Source of the DNA: a virus
Lineage: Duplodnaviria; Caudoviricetes
IMG/VR virus record: IMGVR_UViG_3300031784_000002
Strand: one strand, 5' to 3'
Length of the DNA stretch: 64,000 bases
Part shown: piece by piece, positions 26,389-34,130 of the stretch
Layout of the letters: every line of letters begins with the position of its first letter
Numbering within the stretch: the first letter of the stretch is position 1
Translations under genes and position numbers: made by a program
The notes under the pieces: generated by a model
What the model was told of the DNA's origin: nothing
What the model saw: the letters and a program-made list of their open reading frames with translations, nothing else
Databases searched by the model: none

Positions 26389-26574
26389 ATGCAAACCATC
26401 AACAACAAAGTTACACGCTATCGAGTTACGTTAGACTTTACAGTTGATACATCTAACTGTGTAAGTCCTAAGGAATGGAACTGGGCTCAACTTCTCGAAC
26501 TTGGTAACAGCGAATCAGTCAATGAGGTTTATGTAGAGAATCTCGGAGAATATAACATTCGTAGGAGCAAGTGA
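26389..26574 (+). CDS. hypothetical protein
   Basis: 61-aa ORF. Confidence 0.65.
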   Translation: MQTINNKVTRYRVTLDFTVDTSNCVSPKEWNWAQLLELGNSESVNEVYVENLGEYNIRRSK

Positions 26575-26784
26575 AGATGGGAGAAGATCAAGAGTTTTTT
26601 TACAACGAAATGATCGAACAAAGTTACTACGAAGAGGGAACGATTGACTGGGATGATTGCTCTCAAGGTGCGACTGAAGTAGAGTCTTATGATCCATAAG
26701 CTTTCAACGGAGACAACAGCAAAGGAGGAGTGGAGTTACATTGCTTTAGTCCTCAAAGAGTTGTTATCAATGAGTTATGAAAGC

Positions 26785-27113
26785 TTTTCCACAAGGCTGT
26801 TGAAAAAGCTGTGGAAAAATGGCTTTAAAATAAATGGCTAAAAAAACATGGCTTGTGTGAAAGCTTTCTCGTTTATGTTCTCTCTGTGGCCCCTCTGATG
26901 GCTTATAAAAAAGCCTCTGAGCCTTATGCTTATGTCCTCTAGAAAGCCTCTGAGACCTTGTGATCTAAGCGTGCAGGCTATCACACGACCGCATAAATGT
27001 CAAGAGGCACCTCACATAAGTCTCCGGGACCACACAATTTGAGCAACTTACCCCCCTCACAGTTCTTATAGTTTTCCACAGCACTTGTGGAAAAAGTCTA
27101 TAAGTTTTCCACA
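26785..27113. repeat. cluster of five TTTTCCACA (cyanobacterial DnaA-box consensus) 9-mers
   Basis: + copies at 26785, 27072, 27105; - copies at 26810, 27086; one-mismatch copy at 26798 (-). Confidence 0.8.
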
Positions 27114-27150
27114 GCCTTATGAGCACTCTAAGTCCCCCACATCTCGGAGC

Positions 27151-27180
27151 TTGACATAAGCCCTCTGAAAGCCTTATAAT
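27151..27180 (+). promoter_or_regulatory. perfect-consensus sigma70 promoter with no downstream ORF
   Basis: TTGACA-18-TATAAT. Confidence 0.75.
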
Positions 27181-27298
27181 AACTCTGTGGGAGTGCATAA
27201 AGGGGCTGAGTGCTTAAGCCTAAGCTAAAGGACTTATGTAAAGCTCAAGCCACAGAGACTTATGAGCCTACCATAGATTGCTGAGATCCAGAGACACA

Positions 27299-27371
27299 AT
27301 GGACACTTATCTAACTGGCCACAGAATGTGCCAGAGGGAGCCAGATCCCGTATATTAGCCATGTTGAGAGG
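27299..27371 (+). promoter_or_regulatory. dyad promoter cassette 17
   Basis: atggacac-N8-ctggccac, 28 bp, TATATT(27351)AGCCATGTTGAGAGG. Confidence 0.8.
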
Positions 27372-27378
27372 AACACAC

Positions 27379-27624
27379 ATGAGCACCACCCAAACCACTC
27401 AAGCTACCTACAACGGTTACGCTAACTACGAGACCTGGAATGCTGCTCTGTGGATTGGTAATGATTACGGTCTGTATAAGCTTGCTCTTCAGTGTCGTGA
27501 TTATGCCGAGTTCCAAGAGCTTATGATTGACGACCTCGGTATGAGCTGCACTCCTGATGGTGTACTCTGGAACGACTCTGAGCTGAACCACGATGAGCTT
27601 GATGAGGTGATCAAAGAACTCTGA
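27379..27624 (+). CDS. conserved phage hypothetical protein (YNGYANYETWNAALWIGND)
   Basis: SD then ATG; recognisable phage family pattern. Confidence 0.8.
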   Translation: MSTTQTTQATYNGYANYETWNAALWIGNDYGLYKLALQCRDYAEFQELMIDDLGMSCTPDGVLWNDSELNHDELDEVIKEL

Positions 27625-27655
27625 GCTTCATTAACACTTTTCTCACTTAAGATTC

Positions 27656-27844
27656 ATGATGATCACTAACACTGAGACCCGTCCATTCTTCGTTCAACAA
27701 GCAAAGTCTGGCAGGTGGAATGTATGGGTCTTTCAGAGAGAAACTGAGGACGGTTACAAGTATGCCGTCAAGCAAACATTCAAAGATCCTGATGTTGCTC
27801 ATGACTGGGGCTTGAACTACATCAACCACGTCATTCGTTACTGA
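27656..27844 (+). CDS. hypothetical protein
   Basis: 62-aa ORF. Confidence 0.65.
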   Translation: MMITNTETRPFFVQQAKSGRWNVWVFQRETEDGYKYAVKQTFKDPDVAHDWGLNYINHVIRY

Positions 27845-27881
27845 TTCGTTTACTCTAACTCACCCACACACACTAACACTC

Positions 27882-28124
27882 ATGACTCTGAACATCGCCA
27901 CCGCAACTAAGCTCGACCTGTTGATTGCTGATATCCAAGGAGAGATTAAGTACACTGTGCTCCCCACCCGTAAGGCTCGGAAATCTGAACTGCTCATGAG
28001 CCGCACGAATGGCCCTCGGACTAACACTAACCGTCGTGGTCAAGCATACAGCGGACATGCCACACATGCACAGAATGCTGTGATTCAGGGCAATGATGCT
28101 GCATACTTCAAGACCAGCGGCTGA
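27882..28124 (+). CDS. basic hypothetical protein
   Basis: last ORF of the early region. Confidence 0.7.
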   Translation: MTLNIATATKLDLLIADIQGEIKYTVLPTRKARKSELLMSRTNGPRTNTNRRGQAYSGHATHAQNAVIQGNDAAYFKTSG

Positions 28125-28362
28125 TGGGTTGAGTGTATGTCCCCTCTGAAGGCTTATGAGCACTTGGAGGGGACACGAATACGACTAGGAGGAGCAGCAG
28201 TCTTCGTGTACTTATGACAGTTTGAGCAGTTGTTTGTGCGCCCGTTGTTGTTAGCGCGGGGCGCGGTGGCCCCCGTATATAAAAACGCTAAACTACCCTA
28301 ATCTATAACGACCCCAAAAAGCGCTCGAAAAGCCTTCCGCATTCAAAAAATTTTTTGGTGGC

Positions 28363-28370
28363 TATAAATA
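28363..28370 (+). promoter_or_regulatory. T4-type late promoter
   Basis: TATAAATA. Confidence 0.75.
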
Positions 28371-28394
28371 CTCAAAAGACGTTTTAAAATATTC

Positions 28395-29519
28395 ATGGAA
28401 GTCAAAACACTATCTTTTTATCCTGGAGTACCTTTCAATGATGCGATTGAAAGTTTCTTGGATGCATATGAGCTCGGAGAAGATATCGAGTGTTATCAAT
28501 TAATTTTTTGTCCTTATGGGCGTCATACATCCTTTGGTGACTTATATAATATTGAATTTAAGAGTAGAGTTGTAATTTTAAATGTCATTGATTTTATCAT
28601 TGATGGATTGGATAATATTGCAACTGAAGAAATTAAACAATTCTGCGAGGATCACCCTGAACAAAATTTTATTATATTCAATTACAACATAGGTCTCGGA
28701 GACAAACTGAATGTTCCGAACTTACATTGGGATACAATTTTTTCAGGAACTTTAACAGAGAGATTAACTCACTGTGAAAAGAAAAATCTAACCAATAAAT
28801 GGTTATCATTGAATGCAGATACAAAGTTACACAGAGTCATGGCGGTGTGTTACTTGTTATCAAAAGACTATCATGAGAATGGTTATATTACTTTCAACAT
28901 GAACGCTGGTCCACTTGCAAGTCATGATAGTTATCGTAATTTTACCAAGATCTCATCGTATCAATTAAAAAGTAGTTTTGCGAAGGGATACGTCAAGTTT
29001 AAGTCAAAAGATTTTAGACGATTGAAAATAAAAAATTTCAGTTCAATTGAAGATAGAGTATCAACTAATTACAATAATAATTTAATGCCAATCTACGAAA
29101 GAATTGGTGTAGAGATTATTACTGGAACAATGTTCTTTGAGAATGTTCCAAGTTTAAGTGAGAAAGAAGTTCAATCTGTATATGCCAAAAATTTTCCAAT
29201 TTATATTAATGGAATTGGAATGGCAAGAGAAATTAAAAAGCTTTTTGATATTGATATCTTTGAAGATATTGTAGATCATAGTTATGATGAAATTGAAGAT
29301 CATTTTGAGAGACTTGCAGCAGCAATTGATAGGAATCAACATTTGTTAGATGGCTCTACCAATATCCATGAATTGTGGTATGATAATCAAAAGAGATTTG
29401 AGGATAACTGTGAAAAGATGGATCAAATTATTTTTGATTCAAAGTATCAACAGAGCATAAACTATAAAAAGATAGAAAATGCTTTGTCTAAGTTTGGAGT
29501 CTCTTTTTCAAAAAAATAA
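28395..29519 (+). CDS. hypothetical protein, probable glycan-related (glycosyltransferase-like) family
   Basis: EIITGTMF...LSEK...FPIYI...DIFEDIVDHSYDEIED...R C-terminal pattern; AT-rich. Confidence 0.5.
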   Translation: MEVKTLSFYPGVPFNDAIESFLDAYELGEDIECYQLIFCPYGRHTSFGDLYNIEFKSRVVILNVIDFIIDGLDNIATEEIKQFCEDHPEQNFIIFNYNIGLGDKLNVPNLHWDTIFSGTLTERLTHCEKKNLTNKWLSLNADTKLHRVMAVCYLLSKDYHENGYITFNMNAGPLASHDSYRNFTKISSYQLKSSFAKGYVKFKSKDFRRLKIKNFSSIEDRVSTNYNNNLMPIYERIGVEIITGTMFFENVPSLSEKEVQSVYAKNFPIYINGIGMAREIKKLFDIDIFEDIVDHSYDEIEDHFERLAAAIDRNQHLLDGSTNIHELWYDNQKRFEDNCEKMDQIIFDSKYQQSINYKKIENALSKFGVSFSKK

Positions 29520-29557
29520 AATCATATATAATGTTTGAAATGAACTTAAAGGAATAT

Positions 29558-29707
29558 ATGGAACTTAAGTTGGATTACCAGGAAAAAGATCTACTCATTG
29601 ATTGCATTCAACATCGATTAGATACGGATAAAATTTTAGTCATCAATGATTCTCTCAAGAATGAAATTGAAGATTTATTGGTCAAAATTGAAGAAGAATG
29701 TGTTTGA
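29558..29707 (+). CDS. small hypothetical protein
   Basis: 49-aa ORF with AAGGA SD. Confidence 0.6.
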   Translation: MELKLDYQEKDLLIDCIQHRLDTDKILVINDSLKNEIEDLLVKIEEECV

Positions 29708-29735
29708 TTTGACATTCTAAATAAACCAGAAACCA

Positions 29736-29764
29736 TTGCATGAATTGACTTGTGGTGGTAGAAT
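29736..29764 (+). promoter_or_regulatory. host-like sigma70 promoter (extended -10)
   Basis: TTGCAT-17-TAGAAT with TGn. Confidence 0.55.
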
Positions 29765-29787
29765 GATAACGTTGCAATTCTAATTTT

Positions 29788-30540
29788 ATGTCTAAAGGAT
29801 TTACAATTAAAGCTACAGCACCAACTCCAAAAAAGAATGAGGATGATTTTGATATCGATGCTGCAAAAGAAGCGATTCGTGGTAAATCAATTATCTTCTG
29901 TCTCCCTGGTCGTGGATGTTCCTATATCTTCCTGAAGAATTTTGTTCAACTTTGTTTTGATCTAGTCCAGAATGGTGCATCCATTCAAATTTCTCAGGAC
30001 TATTCTTCCATGGTTAACTTTGCACGTTGCAAGGTTCTTGGTGCAAACGTTCTGCGTGGACCAAAACAGATTCCCTGGGATGGTAAACTGAAGTATGATT
30101 ACCAACTCTGGATCGATAACGATATTGTGTTTGATACTGAGAAGTTCTATCGTCTCGTTGCAATGGATCGTGACATTGCGGCTGGTTGGTATATGACCGA
30201 AGATGGTCAAACGACTTCTGTTGCTCATTGGCTTGAAGAAGATGACTTTAAGAACAATGGTGGAGTCATGAACCATGAGACCGGAGAGACCATGAGTAAG
30301 CGCCGGAAACCCTTTACGGTGGACTATACTGGGTTTGGATGGGTTCTTATCAAGCATGGTGTCTTCGAGTCTCTAGAGTACCCCTGGTTCGCTCCTAAGA
30401 TGCAAGTATTCGACTCTGGAGAAGTTCAAGATATGTGTGGAGAAGACGTTTCGTTCTGTCTCGATGCAATTAAAGCGGGCTTTGAGATCTGGTGTGATCC
30501 GAAGATCCGTGTGGGTCACGAAAAGACTCGTATTATCTGA
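29788..30540 (+). CDS. conserved cyanophage GT-A fold glycosyltransferase-like protein
   Basis: LWIDNDIVF (DxD), TGFGWVLI, GEDVSFC, VGHEK. Confidence 0.7.
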   Translation: MSKGFTIKATAPTPKKNEDDFDIDAAKEAIRGKSIIFCLPGRGCSYIFLKNFVQLCFDLVQNGASIQISQDYSSMVNFARCKVLGANVLRGPKQIPWDGKLKYDYQLWIDNDIVFDTEKFYRLVAMDRDIAAGWYMTEDGQTTSVAHWLEEDDFKNNGGVMNHETGETMSKRRKPFTVDYTGFGWVLIKHGVFESLEYPWFAPKMQVFDSGEVQDMCGEDVSFCLDAIKAGFEIWCDPKIRVGHEKTRII

Positions 30541-30601
30541 TTTCTGGCGCGTTTGAATTGAATTTCGGCGCGCAAATAAACCAACTTTGAGGTATTAAAA
30601 A

Positions 30602-30754
30602 ATGGCAGTAAAAGCAAAAGGTGGATTGAATAAGAATACTGGTTATATGCCAGGAAAACCCAAACTGACCCTTCAAGGAAGGGGAAAGGGAACTAAATAT
30701 GCTGCAACTAGTCGTAATAAGGCTAGGAAACCATATCGCGGCCAGGGTAAATGA
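30602..30754 (+). CDS. small basic protein (...KPYRGQGK)
   Basis: 50-aa ORF read manually; motif typical of T4-like cyanophages. Confidence 0.7.
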   Translation: MAVKAKGGLNKNTGYMPGKPKLTLQGRGKGTKYAATSRNKARKPYRGQGK

Positions 30755-30858
30755 CTCGTTGGATTCATAAAGAAGGTTATTCTAGACCAGATAAACGTTG
30801 CAAAGGGATTAAGACCCAAGCAAAAGCAAATAAAAGTAAAGGAAAAAAGTCTAAATAA
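30751..30858 (+). CDS. small basic protein
   Basis: 35-aa ORF, ATGA overlap. Confidence 0.45.
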   Translation: MTRWIHKEGYSRPDKRCKGIKTQAKANKSKGKKSK

Positions 30859-30879
30859 TTTAAAATAGTAATTAAACAG

Positions 30880-31035
30880 ATGTCCGATACAACACCAAAA
30901 GTAGGTCCAACTGAAGCAGATGCTCCAGCACCAACACCAGAAACTGCAAAAGTTTTTGACTATAATGTAGCTGCAAATGCAGGAACAGTTGCACCTTCCA
31001 GACCAAATCCTGCTTCACCACTCGCTGCAGGATGA
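30880..31035 (+). CDS. small Pro/Ala-rich protein
   Basis: 51-aa ORF read manually. Confidence 0.55.
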   Translation: MSDTTPKVGPTEADAPAPTPETAKVFDYNVAANAGTVAPSRPNPASPLAAG

Positions 31036-31036
31036 T

Positions 31037-31504
31037 ATGTCTGAAAAAGAAGCATATATTCGCAAATGGATTGGAGAAGTCTCCGAGAATAGACCTGAAT
31101 TAGGTGGATTTGCGGTTTGTCCATATGCTCAAAATTCAAAAACTTTAATTGTAGAGACTACTATTGATGACATTGTGCCTGAACCAGGTCATGATGTCAT
31201 CATTTTTATTATTGAAGACTTCTGGAGACCAGATCAGGTCATGAAATGGGTATCACACTACAATGAAAAGTTCCAATATTACAAATTTTTTGAAGATTTA
31301 TCCTCCAGAGATACTTTTATAGGAGGAGTAAAGACGAATAATGAGAAATATAACCTAATTTTGTGTCAATCTAAGAAAAAATTGAGTACTATTCGTAAAA
31401 AATTGTTGCAAACCGACTATTATACCTACTGGACAGAAGATTATCTCAAAGAAATCCTTGGGGATGACTTCCAATACGCAGAAAAAATCACTGACGAAGA
31501 ATAA
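31037..31504 (+). CDS. hypothetical protein (ELGGFAVCPYA motif)
   Basis: ATG 31037 preferred over 30977. Confidence 0.7.
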   Translation: MSEKEAYIRKWIGEVSENRPELGGFAVCPYAQNSKTLIVETTIDDIVPEPGHDVIIFIIEDFWRPDQVMKWVSHYNEKFQYYKFFEDLSSRDTFIGGVKTNNEKYNLILCQSKKKLSTIRKKLLQTDYYTYWTEDYLKEILGDDFQYAEKITDEE

Positions 31505-31576
31505 AATCAATAATCTTTGACATTTCGGGATAGCAACCCCGTAAAAAGTTCTGATTTTTTCAAATCAGGAGCTAAA

Positions 31577-31816
31577 ATGTCAAACTTATTCGTAGATAGA
31601 GACCCAAATTACATGCGTGAAAAGTGGGGAACCACAAAGTTGGTTACAGATTATGGTGCAAGTCCTCAAAAAAGAGTAATTCAAGAGGTTATGCACGACT
31701 CAGCACCTCACCATGATTTAAAGAAACAAACCGACCTTCATGAGAAGATTCGTAATGATGAAGATTACGATGATTGGGAGTATGGCACTGAGCCAACCTA
31801 TGGTAAAAAGTGGTAA
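31577..31816 (+). CDS. conserved cyanophage hypothetical protein
   Basis: AGGAG SD; VDRDPNYMREKWGTTKLVTDY...DDWEYGTEP. Confidence 0.75.
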   Translation: MSNLFVDRDPNYMREKWGTTKLVTDYGASPQKRVIQEVMHDSAPHHDLKKQTDLHEKIRNDEDYDDWEYGTEPTYGKKW

Positions 31817-31833
31817 AAATGTCTTATACATAT

Positions 31834-31841
31834 AATAAATA
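31834..31841 (+). promoter_or_regulatory. T4-like late promoter
   Basis: AATAAATA upstream of gp25. Confidence 0.65.
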
Positions 31842-31856
31842 CCCTTAGTTTGAGTA

Positions 31857-32255
31857 ATGACTACGATTTCTCGCAGATTTAAAGACATAAGTCTCTCGTT
31901 TGTGAGAAATCCTGTAACTAATGATATTTTACCTATTAACAATGAGGATGCGATTAAAAAATCTGTTATCAATCTAGTGAGAACTAGAATGGGTGAAAGA
32001 GTTTTTAATTCGCTTTTGGGATCTAGTGTTGAAGATTCTATGTTCCAATTACAAACTCCAGAGATGTCTTATTCTCTGGAGTTGAACATTACAACTCTTT
32101 TAGAAAATTATGAACCTAGAATTTCATTATCTTCTGTTTTAGTTACATATCCGGATGATTCTAATCAAATCAATGTAAGAATAGCGTATACTATAATTGG
32201 TATACCTGTCCCGGCTCAAACTATAGACTTCATATTACAACCAACTAGAGTCTAA
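31857..32255 (+). CDS. gp25: baseplate wedge subunit gp25
   Basis: FKDISLSF..NPVTNDI...AIK.SV.NL..T..GER.F...LE.YEPRI. Confidence 0.92.
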   Translation: MTTISRRFKDISLSFVRNPVTNDILPINNEDAIKKSVINLVRTRMGERVFNSLLGSSVEDSMFQLQTPEMSYSLELNITTLLENYEPRISLSSVLVTYPDDSNQINVRIAYTIIGIPVPAQTIDFILQPTRV

Positions 32256-34129
32256 TGTCATTCAATCAATTCACAAACTTAGATTTCAGTGATCTTAAGA
32301 CTCAGATCAAAGATTATTTGCGTGCGAACGGTCAATTTACTGACTTCGATTTTGAGGGTTCAAATTTTTCGGTTTTAATTGACTTATTAGCATATAATAG
32401 CTACATAACTGCCTACAACTCAAATATGGCAGTTAATGAAATGTTTCTTGATAGTGCCACTCTTAGAGAAAATATAGTATCCCTAGCCAGAAACATTGGT
32501 TATTTACCCAGATCAAAAAGATCATCAAGAGCTTTAATAAATTTTAGCGTTGATATGAGTCAAACAAACGCTAGAAGTGTAAAGTTACTTGCAGGTCAAG
32601 TATCTCTTGGTGCAGTAGTTAATGGAAATTATATTTTTTCAATACCGGAAGATATTGTTACTCCAGTAAATACGGACGGAATTGCTATATTTGATAATTT
32701 ACAAATTTATGAGGGAATATATTTAACAACAACTTTCATAGTAGATGAATCTCAACCAAACCAAAGATTTGTTCTACCTAATATTGGAATTGATACCACC
32801 ACAATTCGAGTAAAAGTTATAAATCAAGTAACAGAAATTTATAATCAATATGATACTCTATTAAATGTTGGTAAAGATTCAAGAATTTTCTTGATTCAGG
32901 AAGTAGGAGATACTAAGTACGAAATTAGATTTGGTGATAATATTATTGGTAAAAAACCATCTAATGGAAGTAGAATAGAAATTAGTTATATTGTTACAAA
33001 TGGATCTTCTGGTAATGGAGCTTCAAACTTTACTTTTTCTGGTAGATTAATTGATAATAATTTATTTGATGTTACCACCGGAATTTCATTAGTTTTAACT
33101 CAATCTAAATCTGAAAATGGTGATAATATTGAATCGATGGATTCTATTAAATATTTCGCACCGAAAGTCTATGCATCTCAATATAGGGCAGTGACATCAA
33201 ATGATTATAAATCACTTATTCCATATGTTTATCCAAACGTAGAGTCCGTAAATTCTTATGGTGGTGATGAATTGGATCCACCGGAATATGGAAAAGTTTT
33301 TATATCAATAAAGCCAAGAAACGGAACGTTTCTTTCCGAAATTACAAAGCAGAATATTCTAAGTACAATTAAAAAGTATTCAATTGCAGGTATTAAACCG
33401 GAAATAGTTGACTTATCTTACTTGTACGTGGAATTGGATGTTTCAACTTATTATAATGTCAATCTACTAAGTAACCCAGAAATAGTAAAAACAAAAGTAA
33501 TTGACACTTTAACCGCATATTCTAACTCCAAAGATGTTAATAGTTTTGGAGGTAGATTCAAATATAGTAAAGTTGTTGGACTAATAGATGATTGTGACAA
33601 ATCAATTACATCTAACATAACAAAAGTTAAGATGAGAAGGGATTTGAATCCAGAGTTAAATACTTTTGCAACATATGAACTTTGTTTTGGTAATGAAATA
33701 CATATTAAAACTGGAGGATACTCTGTAAAGTCTACTGGATTTTTTATTAATGGTGTTTCTGATGTCATTTATATGGCAGATGCGGCATCACCTACAAATA
33801 AAACTAAAGGAATTATATTTTTCTTTAAATTGGAAAATAATCTTCCAGTAATTATAAAAAATAATGCTGGTACAATAAATTATAAACGAGGTGAAATTCT
33901 TTTAGACGTTGTTAATATAACATCGTCAGTGTTGGCAAATGGATTCATAGAAGTTCAAGCCATCCCAGAGTCAAACGATATTATAGGACTTCAAGATTTG
34001 TATTTGCAATTAGATGTTCAAAAATCTGTGGTAAATATTATAGAAGATGTTGTAAGTTCTGGTGAAAATTCTTCTGCAACCCAATATGTGGTTACATCAA
34101 GTTATCTAAACGGAAAGTATACGAGATAA
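32255..34129 (+). CDS. gp6: baseplate wedge subunit gp6
   Basis: LDF..LK..IKDYLR...FTDFDFEGS...FLDSATLRENIVSLARNIGY; RAVT..DY. Confidence 0.93.
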   Translation: MSFNQFTNLDFSDLKTQIKDYLRANGQFTDFDFEGSNFSVLIDLLAYNSYITAYNSNMAVNEMFLDSATLRENIVSLARNIGYLPRSKRSSRALINFSVDMSQTNARSVKLLAGQVSLGAVVNGNYIFSIPEDIVTPVNTDGIAIFDNLQIYEGIYLTTTFIVDESQPNQRFVLPNIGIDTTTIRVKVINQVTEIYNQYDTLLNVGKDSRIFLIQEVGDTKYEIRFGDNIIGKKPSNGSRIEISYIVTNGSSGNGASNFTFSGRLIDNNLFDVTTGISLVLTQSKSENGDNIESMDSIKYFAPKVYASQYRAVTSNDYKSLIPYVYPNVESVNSYGGDELDPPEYGKVFISIKPRNGTFLSEITKQNILSTIKKYSIAGIKPEIVDLSYLYVELDVSTYYNVNLLSNPEIVKTKVIDTLTAYSNSKDVNSFGGRFKYSKVVGLIDDCDKSITSNITKVKMRRDLNPELNTFATYELCFGNEIHIKTGGYSVKSTGFFINGVSDVIYMADAASPTNKTKGIIFFFKLENNLPVIIKNNAGTINYKRGEILLDVVNITSSVLANGFIEVQAIPESNDIIGLQDLYLQLDVQKSVVNIIEDVVSSGENSSATQYVVTSSYLNGKYTR

Positions 34130-34130
34130 A

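Noticed and set aside
1648-27371. Cassette repeats as a CRISPR array or integron attC array
   Set aside because: Copies are degenerate, spacing is 0.4-7 kb and gene-sized, each copy carries a -10 box, and no cas gene or integrase is seen in the window.
15439-27378. Repeated N-terminal MLRG/MLRQ peptides in the ORF track (15439, 18966, 19854, 20710, 23576, 25003, 27361)
   Set aside because: They come from the cassette's ATGTTGAGAGG. The predicted +1 falls inside this ATG, SD spacing explains the in-frame 18-nt offset, and other copies (17069, 18245, 21162) are out of frame.
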